Assembly: GCF_008831285.2 (NCBI RefSeq)
Contig: NC_045138.2
Location: forward strand, 43,338,001 to 43,402,000
Reading direction: 5' to 3'
From: Nymphaea colorata
Lineage: Eukaryota
DNA length: 64,000 bases
The notes under the pieces were generated by a model. The model made no database searches. It was given only the letters and a program-made list of their open reading frames with translations, and was not told the origin of the DNA. The position numbers and the translations under genes are program-made. Below, piece after piece: positions 34,801-46,349 of the stretch. The stretch's first letter is position 1; each line of letters starts with the position of its first letter.

Positions 34801-36434
34801 AATAATACTTATGATTCATGGGTGAACGTTGAAATATTGGGTGAAGGAGATGATGCATACCACACACACAGTGACAAAATTATAAATGATTTTGAGGCAG
34901 CCTCAAGTGTTCAGATGGACAGCATGCCTCCACCTCCTCAGACGACCAGCACGTCTTCGCCTAATCAGTTTTCAGGAATATTATTATACTCAACGATCAG
35001 TTCCAGCAATCGCTCCAGAAACTGCCATCACTTGCCCATGTAGATCAGAATGTGTGTGACACCCTATTGATAGATGGGTAAGTTATGATAACTTCTTTTA
35101 AATTTCCAACTTTTTATGACAGAATTGAGCAAAGGGGGTAGAGCCAAAATGTTATGAACACGCATGCAAGAACAAGTATTGGGTCGAGGCCATGAATGAA
35201 GAAATGGCTGCTTTAAACAAATCTTGGGCGATTGTTCCTTATTCGGATAATAAGAATGTAGTGGGTTCAAAATGGGTTTACAAACTCAAATATAAACCCG
35301 ATGGAAGTATTGGTAGACATAAGGCTCGTCTTGCAGGTAGAGGGTTCACTCAACAATATGGAGAATATTATGACGAGACTTTCAGTCCAGTTGTCAAGAT
35401 GGGAGCAATACGGGTTGTCATTTCTCTTGCAATTTCACGTGAATGGACTTTATATCAGTTAGATGTTAAAAATGCTTTTCTCCATAGTTCTTTGAAAGAA
35501 GAAGTTTACATGGAACAACCTCCATGTTATGTTACTAATGATCCAACCAAATGGGTGTGTAAGTTACAATGATCACTATATGGGCATAAGCAAGCATCTC
35601 GCTCATGTTTCAATAAATTTTTTGTTCATGTACAACAGGCTGGTTTTCTCAGAAGTTCCCTTGATCATTCCTTATTCATATATCATTCAGGTAAAATTAC
35701 AACTTGGCTACTCATATATGTAGATGACATAGTTCTCATTGAAAATTCTTCATGTCATATATCTCATGTTAAGGAAGTATCGAAGCAACAATTCAAAATA
35801 AAGGATGTCGGTGAAGTACGGAATTTTTTGGGTGTCGAGCTTGATAAAAAGGGGTGACATGTTTACTCTTACATAGCACAAATACTCTTGATATATTAGA
35901 CAGAGCAAGTATGACAAGTTGCAAGCCAATCAAGACTCATGGTGTTCTCAAAACAAAATTAAATGCCTCTGATGGGAGTAATGCATATCCAAATCCTAGT
36001 TTTTATCGGAGTATAGTTGGCATGTTGCAATATCTCAACTTTACACGCCTAGACATAGTATATGCAGTGAATAAAGTTTCTTAGTTTATGCACGCATCTA
36101 CAAAAGAATATATGTATGCTACTAAACGTATTTTGCATTATCTTAAGGATAAACTTGGGGATGGAATCGTTTACACAAGAAAGGCAACTGATTTAAATGG
36201 ACATACCGTTTTCACATATACTAATGCAGATTGGGCCGGTGATCCAGATGATAGACAATCAGTTTCAGGTTATTGTATCTTCCTTAACTCCAATCTTGTT
36301 TGTTGGAGTAGTAGGAAACAACATGCAGTTACCAGATCGAGCACTGAGGCAGAATATTATTTTGTATATTTTGTTTGTATACTAAATTGTGATTAGTATA
36401 TAATGATAACAAGAGGCAGGCGTCAAGGTTGCTG

Positions 36435-36474
<40 letters not shown>

Positions 36475-36570
36475 CATGAGCAGTCTATTGACTCTATTCC
36501 TCTTCTTGTCCTTTTGTATCTATTAAAGACTCCATCCGGTGGTTTGGTGTTGCATATCAAAAATCTTACA
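31858..36570 (+). mobile_element. degenerate Ty1/Copia LTR retrotransposon in intron 2
   Basis: 5' LTR 31858-32146; PBS 32147-32158; partial 3' LTR 36353-36570; TSD ATAAT at 31853-31857 and 36571-36575; fragmented gag/IN/RT/RH ORFs ([27 protein letters not shown]). Confidence 0.92.
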
Positions 36571-38428
36571 ATAATCTCCCCAAGAAAAGTTTTTGTCAAG
36601 AAATTGCTGGAAACTTAATTGGTTACTATGTTTTTTCTTTTATATAAACTAGGTAGTTGGCAATTGTGATTTTAGCAATAAAATAATGGAAAACATAAAT
36701 GTTTCTAAATTTTTCTTCTAGAATCGAATGGCACATAAAGGTAAATAGGTTATGTAGTTCTAAGTCAATAATAAATTGTGTGATCTTGAAAAGGATAAAG
36801 ATGAAAATATGTTACTCCTGAGTTTCAACAAAGTAATGTTCATCTGAGTTATTTACAAGTCTATGCAAGGAAAAGTTATGTCCATATCAAGAAATGCAGG
36901 AAAAATGAAACCTAGGAAATATTCTCTCAAAATATAGGTTTAAATAAAAATGTATGAAAAAGATTTCTGCAGCATTTAACGCTCCTCTCCATTTTGGACA
37001 GAAATGTGACATGCATATCTTTTTATTTGTTAATAATGGCTATGATTGAGTACGAAACCTAGTGTTTTGACTATTGAGCAAACCAAATACGCCACCACTA
37101 CAGTAGGCAATCATTACATACATCTGTACAATAAATATTTCCTTTGGAATAATTTATACATGTAGTAGGCACGTCTTTTCTGATAGTGTGAAACACAAAT
37201 ATATCCTTATGACTGAGGAACATGCAACGCAGGTTACATGTTTTTCACATGAAGTATTTGACTATTTTGACTCCATAAGTCCATATACGAACGTCATGTG
37301 GGTTTGCTGCTTTAAATTTTCTGGCTGGTTTCATTGTGTGGAATGTTGCAGTTCAGGGAATTATGTGTTCTCAAAAGTTGGTGATGCCCACTGTGTTACA
37401 CAAAAAACTGATGCAAAATGCATGAAACGTTGTATTCCATGTGTTTGAATTCCACCAAAGCCATCATTCACCCATATGGGTAGAAAATTCATGAATGACC
37501 ACCTTGAATGCACTTTGTTTTCTCTGACCATGTGGAAACACAGAGTGAAGGGTCAGCCGGTGCTGATCAAACATACCCTTCAGCTGCAACATAGATATGG
37601 TTAACAAATACAGAGATAAAGGCCACGAAAAGATGGGTAACATGGGATACTAAAAATGAAGTGCCGGAGCATCGAACTCCAGCTTTCTAATTTACTTATA
37701 TCCTGCTACAGATTACAGGACGGAACACTTTCAAAATCTATGTAGCCCAAAAATATGCCAACGTTTTCAGAATTGCCAGCAGATGACCTGCATGAGCCGT
37801 GGACTGCATTTTTGGTTGGCAGATGAATAGAAGCACAAGCAACACGAGAGGAACTATACGTACTGTGTGGACAAAACTAACAAAGAACCATGGCGCCGCA
37901 GCCCAAGTTCCAAGGCGGAGATGTAAAGATGACATATTTTCCCCTTTATATATTCCCATCTAAGAGGGGCTCCCAACTTCGATAAAAGCTCTGAAATGGC
38001 TTTTCGAGGTTATGATGTATTAAACAGAAACAGATACCGAGAATATAGGCTATGTCGCCTAAGTTCGGTCTGGAATAGGCGACATGCGTATAGTGGTTGT
38101 CTGTGTTTCACTAAGAGAGCTTAACTAAGAGCGAGGAGTTTGGCAATTTAAGGGAAGTTACTCCACAAGCCCGATATAAGGACGGGAAAACATTCTCATC
38201 AAACGGTACAAAGTGCGAAACGTTCTCGGTGTGTGACTGTGACTCCAAACTCTCCAAGTTGTGAAAGATAAAAGTCAACAATCTAAATAGATTCTCAGTT
38301 ACGAAAAAACAATCAACGATCTCAACAAATTCCAATGTTAGGAAAGATAAAACAACCAGCAATCTCGATAGAATAAGGAAGAAGGGAAAAAGGAGAAACA
38401 AGATAGAAAAAGTTCGAAGCCGTGTTAC

Positions 38429-38485
38429 TTCATTGTAGGCGCAAACGGAAGACCCCGACAGCCTCGCGTTCTCAATCTCCAACTC
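38429..38485 (-). CDS. PUS3: tRNA pseudouridine(38/39) synthase, exon 2 (ELEIENARLSGSSVCAYNE)
   Basis: ttccag acceptor and gtaac donor; 57 nt, phase 0/0. Confidence 0.75.
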
Positions 38486-38533
38486 CTGGAAATCAGAGCA
38501 ATAGAATGAGAGAAAAGTCCGTCGAAATTGGGT

Positions 38534-38542
38534 AAACCCTAA
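38534..38542 (+). promoter_or_regulatory. telo-box (AAACCCTAA) in intron 1 of the pseudouridine synthase gene
   Basis: Exact motif near the 5' end of the gene; telo-boxes are common in plant translation-machinery genes. Confidence 0.4.
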
Positions 38543-38588
38543 ACCCTTGACAGCTACGCATTTGTGAAGGTGGAAGGTTATGCATTGC

Positions 38589-38699
38589 CTTCACTTTGGC
38601 TTGAAGGGAAGTGATCTGAGACTTAAGGACACGGATGAGGTCCAACGCGCCGTTCAAAGAGATGGGGTTGTCTGGAATGACACCGTACAGGTCCGCCAT
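38589..38699 (-). CDS. PUS3: tRNA pseudouridine(38/39) synthase, coding exon 1 (MADLYGVIPD...SLQAKVK)
   Basis: ATG at 38699, 37 codons. Ends at a GC donor (AAG/GCAATG). Joined to exon 2 it gives LQAKVK-ELEIENARL, resembling the N-terminal coiled coil of plant PUS3 proteins. Confidence 0.75.
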
Positions 38700-39504
38700 A
38701 ACAACTAACAAGAGCTTCGTCGTGAGGCAGCAGCCTCGCCCCTTCCAAGAGTGCCGTCAGTTCTCGACTCGCTCTAGAGTTTGATCCGACACTAGTTAAA
38801 GGGACTCGGACCTGCGTTACTGAGGAAAGCCAACAGGAAGGGCCATCGACTGCCGTCGCGTCCCATTTGCTTGCTGGGTCCCGGTGCTGGGACCCATAGG
38901 ATCGACATGCGACGGCGGTATTGGGAGTTGTCTACTTTTCATGAGTGGAACCCATGCACCCTAGAACGACTATTGCACGAGTGGATCCGGCCCCGCTATG
39001 TGCGTGCTTTTTCATATTGCATGCCTTATATTAGTTGTTGCAAATCATGCCGGATATGAGTGTAGTTTTTGGTTGCTTTACAATTTTGCTTGATGGGAGA
39101 AACAAGTCTTGTACCTAGAGATATTAACTATATTTATGTCAATTTTAGGAGGATGGAAAAATCATTTCTCTTTGGTTGTCCTGTCTATGTGTGCATACCA
39201 ACACAAAAAACTCATGCGTGAAGTTTGTTCTACTAGTGCGATATAATGCATGTATCGCCTACTATTGGCTGTGTGTGGTTTCCCTTGTAGTGTTCCCTTC
39301 ATTGCTGTAAAAAAAATAAAAAATAAAAATTGTTGTAAAAAAAAAAAGTCAGAGAGGGTGAAATGAAAGCAACCCATTTATATGCATGAAGCTATGAAGG
39401 ACCCATTACTAGGCTATGGTAAAAATAACCTCTATGGGCATTCGGTGGACAGTAACAATTTTGCCAAGGATAGTGCATCGTGTGGACAGTAACAATTTTG
39501 CTCT

Positions 39505-42500
39505 ATGTGAACATCCAAAACTTTTTGTAGGCAGAAATGACCATTTTACCGATAATGTCTGGGACTTTCAACTGGTTTTTCCAAGAAGATAACAATTTTG
39601 CCACTTGTATTTCCCCATTTTGCTTCTTTTTCATAGAATAACTTTGAAAACCTTGAGAACTATTTGCCATCAACTTAATCAATACTATTTTCATCTCCAC
39701 AAGTGACCAGGAATCAATAGGACAAGTTTTTCAGTTCAAATCCAACCAGAAATGGTCCAAAATGGCCCATTTTCTTTGTTTCCCACCAAAAATGGTCCTA
39801 GAATTTCAATTTCACATTTTTCCTTCATATTTCCATCTACATGTTCAATTACATCTTGGTAAATTTTCAGAAATGTGATTCAGGCAAATTTTGGAGTTTT
39901 TCAGCCATACCTTGTGCACCTCCTAAACTGTGCACAAGCTACAACCTAGTGTAGTTAGAATACGCATCTAGGATCGTAGAGGCCAGTTTTTGCCAAGGAT
40001 AAAAATATCATTTTTCTATACATGTGTTATTTTCATAATACCAAAGTTTGGAGCACATATGAACCTAACTTAGGACTACATCTATGCCAAATTTAAGCCT
40101 AATAGGCTCACACATTGTCTTAGCCTACTTAGAACTGAGCCAGGTCAAGACCGAACTCGTTTAAACCAAAACTGAACCCGTTTGACCTGTCTGCAGTCTG
40201 ACCTACCTCTACCTTACAAGCATTGAGTTTGAGCCCAGGTCCAGCCCACAAACACTGAATTTGAGCCCACAGGACCCAAGCTGAGGTCAGTTTGGGCATT
40301 CAAATCTATGATCCTTGATTTAGATCCATTGGAGAGCTTTCAACATCTTGCGTAATGCAAGAAGAAGAAGAAGAAGAAGCAAGGCAAGTAGTTGCACCCT
40401 CCCTCTCCCCATCTTTCGCCCTCTCTTTCCCTTTTCTCTCTTCTCTTCCTTTTTCCTTCTTCATGTTTTCTCTTCTCTTTTTTTGTGGATTCTTAAGTTC
40501 TTCTGTAGAGGCTTTACACGTGCTCTTTGTGGATGGCATGTTCTCTTTTACTTCTTTGGTTTCTTCATCCATGTTCTAACTGTCTTAGCTTTGTTTCCCT
40601 AGTTATATGGTATGTTGTAGATGGTTCTCAATGTGTTTCTAAGTCAAAGTCATGACCAATCGAAATAAGAATTCATGCATGCTTCATAATTATTTGTTCA
40701 TGTTCTACTTACTTCATCCATGTTATTTTTTGGTTTTTACATGCATCCATGCATAATTTCTGCTATTTTTCTTTGTGTTTAGTTTAAACACGTTTAAACT
40801 TATGTTTTGCAAGATGTTTTAGTATCAAATATCATTTTGCAATATTCACTTTAGTTTTAGGGACTCAAGTCTTTGAGTTTGTACAAAAATCTGTTTGTTG
40901 AAGCATCTAGATTTTTGTCTGATTTCATGAGCTTATTTCTCTCTAACTAGAAATAGTACTGATGATTTGTCAAAAACACATGTTTTTTTATATTTATCTG
41001 GTATATTGTCCCCAAATTTCATCAAATTCTAATTTTGTTTTACTCCAACATTTGGTTATTTTTCTAAAGTACATTTTCTGTAACCTTTAGGTTTCAAAAT
41101 TTTGTCCTAAATTTTATCTAAAGTGTGAACTCTACAACTTGTGTTTGGTAACTCCAATTTGCATTATTTGAAAGTCTGTAGTTAGATTTTTTTTTTTGTC
41201 TATTGTTGTCCACCAAGTTTTAGCCTAATCCAAGTTGTTTTGACTATCAGTGAATCTATTTAGCAAAGGTCGGTTATTGTCGAATGTTTGTCTTCTCCAA
41301 ATTTGTAGCATCATATCTTTGTGTATGTTTGTGATTGCTCAAAGGCTTAATTGATTTGTTTGTCTATAATACCAACTACCAAGAGACTGTACCTAAAATT
41401 GTATCGATAGGATGTCTTTTGCCAATCAAATGTGGTTGGGAATTTGACTGTTCAACCTATTTTTTCACAAATTTTGTGCATATTATATTTCTAGTACTTC
41501 ATCAAGTTGTAACTTTGTGATCCAGATAGGCTTTTCAGTTCTATAAGTTGTTGTACAGAGAATCCACAGACCAATTTTCAGATCAAATGGAATTAACTTA
41601 ATATATTTTTCATTGTTCCTAATGTGACTACTTAACCAAATTGTTGTGTTTTGTTTTTTTGCGATCTATGATTTTTGTCTTGGGTTTCCTACTTTATATC
41701 CTTCTATTTCAAAGTAGTCTTCCAAGTCTATCAATTGGACTTGATTGTCATATGTATAAAGAACCTTCAAGCCAGATTTTGTGTAAAACTGATGTCAAAA
41801 ACCCTATTTTGAACCAGATAAAATACAACGTGTTCCACTTGTCAATCCTAGGCCAAATCCAAGTTGTAGAATGTGGATTGGTTTCTCTCGTGTTACCCAT
41901 TTTTAGTTAAGTGTTCATGCAGCTACATGAGATTTTATGGCTCTCGAGTTATGTTCCGCATCCATGTTATGCATTCACAACAAGTCATAGATCATCTGAC
42001 CCATGTGGAAATGACTTGTGGCATGTTCTAAGCCATGATATCGTTTTGTCTAGATCTGTTTCAATGTCCTAATATTAGTTCATTGTGTCAAGCTTGCAAT
42101 TCATGATTTAGATAGCATAATTTGCCATAGGTTCCTATTCTCTTTTGCATCTAAAATGTCAAATCATCTTAATCATGTGTTGGTGTATCCATATTATGTT
42201 TCAATCTTAAGAATGTACATTATATTGGATTTCAAAGCTTGCATTTGGATTCATAAAGGAGACAAGACTTGGTATGTCTCATGTATTGTGACAATAGTCA
42301 TTGCTTGAGAGCCTTGAATCTAGTCCAAATCCGAAACGAGTTTGTTTTTCTAAAATCATGCATTTGGATTCATAAAGGAGACAAGACTTGGTATGTCTCA
42401 TGTATTGTGACAATAGTCATTGCTTGAGAGCCTTGAATCTAGTCCAAATCCGAAACGAGTTTGTTTTTCTAAAATCATGCATCTTATAATCAAATGTGTT

Positions 42501-43820
42501 ATATTCTTTCATGATTGGTTATGTTTTGTTATTCATTCATGTAGGTTGTTTTTTTTATCTTTGCATAATGCTTGCACATTTGATTTCAATCATGCACATA
42601 GACTTAGGTTTCACAAGGAAACTAGGCTGGGCGAATCAGTAGCATGCAAGCAAAAATAGCCCTAACATGTGCATGATTCATACTGGTTTTTTGCATGAAA
42701 ACACATTCAAATACATAGATTTTGAACTGCAAGTTTTCAAAATCAAACTTTTTTTAGACCAGTTTTTTAAAACCCTAGGTTTAGATATAGTTGAGATATA
42801 ACCCTAGAGCTGGCATACCTAATCCTTTTGTAAGCCAACTTGATTCCTTAGCCCAAACCTGGCATCAAGCTCACTACAGTAAACCTAGCTCTTGCCCATC
42901 TTAAAACCATGTTAGAACCTGATCCAGCTAGATTTACTCTAGATGTCTCAAACCTCCTTAAACCTTAGCTAGGTCTGTCTAAGTTACTCTCTAAGCCTAG
43001 ATCGATTAGTCATGATGACCAAGATTCAAAACTTGTTTATTGAATCTCATGCACTTTAGATCCTTGAACTTGGATTTGGATTTGATAAGACTTCAGATCT
43101 TAGTTCGAATGTCAAATTTGGACCTTAAAATCTCAACTACAAAAATTTTGGATCATGATTAAAAATCTTATAGAATTGGATCTTGATTTGGACTTTGATT
43201 TTGATACGGAGATTGAATCTAGAATTTTGTATCTTGAACTTAAGTTATTTGTATCATGATTTCATAGAATTTGAATTCAGATCGAAACTCTAATTGTCCT
43301 CTAGTTCTAAACCCCATTTTCAAACCTTCATATTTGGATTTCTGAATTGGATAATAAAGAGTAATTTGGATCTCTGCCGAATCAATTTTCAAATTGAGAT
43401 TTATATCACATTTGTTTGGATTTCAAATCATAGTTCTCCTTAGGTCCATGTCCTCAAGACCCTAGAAACCTGATCTCAACTATATTTGAACCTTGTTTCA
43501 ATGCATCGTATTAGATTCTAAGATTTATTGGTGGATCGAGGATGATACTAATCCTGAACTGTCTTTGGATTTAATTTTCTCAGTTCATGAACTCCAATTT
43601 CTGATGATCCACCTAGATTTTCAAAATTTCCATTTTTTTCATAATTAAGACATATTTTTTGCTTTTAGGATATAGATTACAATCATAACTCAGGTAGAAC
43701 ACCTAATCTAGCATTTAGCCAAATTTTCCTTGATAAAACCATCAGGAACAGTCAAATCTTGTACTAACTGGTTGGATCCTATCTCTCACGGATTCCTACA
43801 AGGGACATAGAGGGGACTGC
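39505..43820 (+). mobile_element. large non-coding LTR-like sequence (possibly an Ogre/Tat solo LTR), degenerate
   Basis: Starts TGTGAACATCC; homologous in inverted orientation to 46350-50787 at several blocks; no ORFs and no TSD found. Confidence 0.5.
42241..42482. repeat. perfect 119-bp tandem duplication
   Basis: 42241-42359 is repeated at 42360-42478, with GCAT microhomology at the ends. Confidence 0.92.
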
Positions 43821-44299
43821 GAGTTAGTTTTTTTTTATATGAACTATCATATGCAAGATGGTGAAATTTTGCATATCTTCTATTGTTGGTGGCCCTTGAG
43901 TAGCTTAAAAAATAAGTGGCAGATAATGAGTCCATGCAAAAAATGTTCAAAACAAAATAAATTTTAAGATGAAATTCACTTACCATCTTAATCGAGGTAA
44001 ATATTGATAGTTTCCTTGATGGTCATGTTTGCAATAAGAAGACATTTAATGAAATGTTTTCTCCGATGGGAAACAATATGCCTTTAGTGCTACAAGGCAT
44101 AGGGAAAACATCAAGATAAATATTTATGCATTTAAACTCCTTTCAAAAGTTTAACATATTTGATGAGGGCATAGAGAAAGGTATAAGGCTTTACCTTTTT
44201 AGATTGAAAATTTTACACTTTAAAATAGACACAGAAAAGACGTTTTTTTTCGAAAAAAAACATGATAAATTAAATGGCCATTTAAAACTTAAAAAAAAG

Positions 44300-44592
44300 C
44301 ATTTTTTTGAAAAAACATGAAAAACGAAAAAAACGAGTTTTTAATGTGCTTTTTCACTTTCTTCATTTTTTTAATGCCAAACATTTTTTTTTTCGTTTTC
44401 TATTTTTTATTTGTTGCAAACCTATTTATTTTTTGATGTTTGTGTCATTAGTTTTTCATTTATTTTATTTTTTCCCCATTTTTAGTTTTTTATTTTTTAA
44501 AAAAATTTACCATATTTTTCTCATTTTTTTTCATTTTTTTTTTCAAGTTCATCATATTATACTAAAAAAAAACCTCACCGTTTAAAACGACT
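44300..44592 (+). mobile_element. 3' fragment of the same MITE family as 29101-30092
   Basis: ttttttaatgccaaaca...tttgttgcaaa...aaaaacctc(a/g)ccgtttaaaac is shared with 29830-30090. Confidence 0.6.
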
Positions 44593-45509
44593 ATGAACAT
44601 ACAGAACTCAGTTGATATTTCCTTTTGAACAGTCTTTTAACTTCCATTTGTGCTAGTCGCCCAAGTGACACTGCCGTGCAGCCCATTTCCCAACTAATTG
44701 AGGAAATCAACACATTTGTATGTTTGTTCAATATCCGAGTTTCGAGGGGCTGATTGTCTTGCCCTTACGTCAGCCACATGGTAGTTTTAAGTCCTCAAAT
44801 TTGAAGCACCTGAATTCCTACTAGTTTAGGCATTTGCCCTCGAGCCTAGCATTTCATTTATAGTTGTGCTTGGCCATCTAGTGGTTCGAACTAGGCATGA
44901 AATTGACTTCACATGCTTGGTAAAACGCTGGTTGAAGTCGAAGGGGATACAAATGGCGAATTCTAGGAAGGGTAAGGCCAGTCTAGTAATCAAGTTAGTG
45001 GCATAGCAGTAAATTTTAGTAAGAACCTCAGGTAATTTGGTAATTTCTTACTAGGGACATGTTCAGTTTTCGAAAAAGATAGGGGCAAAACTGGAACAAA
45101 ATATATTCCAGGGACATGCAGGTAAAAATGTAAAGCACAGATTGTTAATTTGCTAATGATGCAGATGAAGGATTAAATAGAGTTAACTACCTTTAAGTGA
45201 TATAGTTAACAACTGCTTAGTTTAGCTAACCCATCGACTAACTCTCAGTAGCCAAAATAAGTCATGCTAATTACTTGGACATGGAAAGGAAACTAAGTAA
45301 ACGAAGCAAGGACAGATTAGGATATCATTAACTATGACATTAGTGACACTAAACAATATTAGTGACCCCAACTGTAATGCACCAGTTCCTTAACATGATT
45401 AGCCACCGCCAATGATGAATTAACACACTTAAGCTGGGGTTAATTAAGGTAAACTGAGATTTAGTTTAAATAATGACCTAAGTTAGTATAACTGGGGCTA
45501 ACTAGCCCC

Positions 45510-45540
<31 letters not shown>

Positions 45541-45615
45541 TTAAAATATTATAAATACAGCCCCATTTAGGCGGCAAGAAATGTGAGAGAGAGGGAGAGA
45601 GAGAGAGAGAGAAAA

Positions 45616-45650
<35 letters not shown>

Positions 45651-46349
45651 GGAGGAGTAGGATGCGCAGATGATCACACGAGCGCATGCCTGTGCTATGG
45701 AGATTGGCGTGGCAAAAGGAGCGGGCATCTATGCAAGTATGTTCTGATATTTCATACATTTGACTGGTAAAATAAAGAATCTTCAAGTTTCTGGCTTATA
45801 GATTAGGAATTCTTGCATGCGCAACAAATGATTTAGCCTTTTGGGCGTCGCCGCAACCTGTGCATGGTTTGGATTTTTGAGATTGAAGCATGAATAGTTG
45901 AAATTTTGCAAGTTTTAGTTTTGGACATCTCCAGGAACTCATATGGGCGAGTGAGTAGGAAACGTAAGTTAAACCTATGCTTTCGCAAGTAGACGAACCT
46001 GGTTGTGACGAGAGTTCGACAGAAAAATGGTTGGAATCGTCAGACTTGGCAAGGTTGCCGATCAGGCTAGGATGGTTCTTTCTTAGAAAGACCAAGAACA
46101 AAATCATAAACAGAACATGGTAAATGGAGGTAATTTTGAAGGAGGTCAATTGTTGGTTAGTCATTTGTTGCTCAAAGGTCAGACTCAAGTTAACTTCGAT
46201 TAACTCAGAGTAAATCATTGGATCTAGCCCCACAGCTAATTTAGGTTTAGATCCAGATCCATATGTAAGTTTGATCCATGGATCCGGACTTGTTTACATG
46301 TTTTTGCCAAATCTTACATGGAGACCATATAAACGAGATAAAATATATG

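Noticed and set aside
37350..37480. Possible intronic C/D snoRNA on the minus strand (ATGATG...CTGA)
   Set aside because: Imperfect C box, no terminal stem and no recognisable rRNA guide; compatible with chance.
39500..43810. 8-bp inverted match ctctatgt/acatagag as TIRs
   Set aside because: Too short, no TSD, and not reproduced in the second copy.
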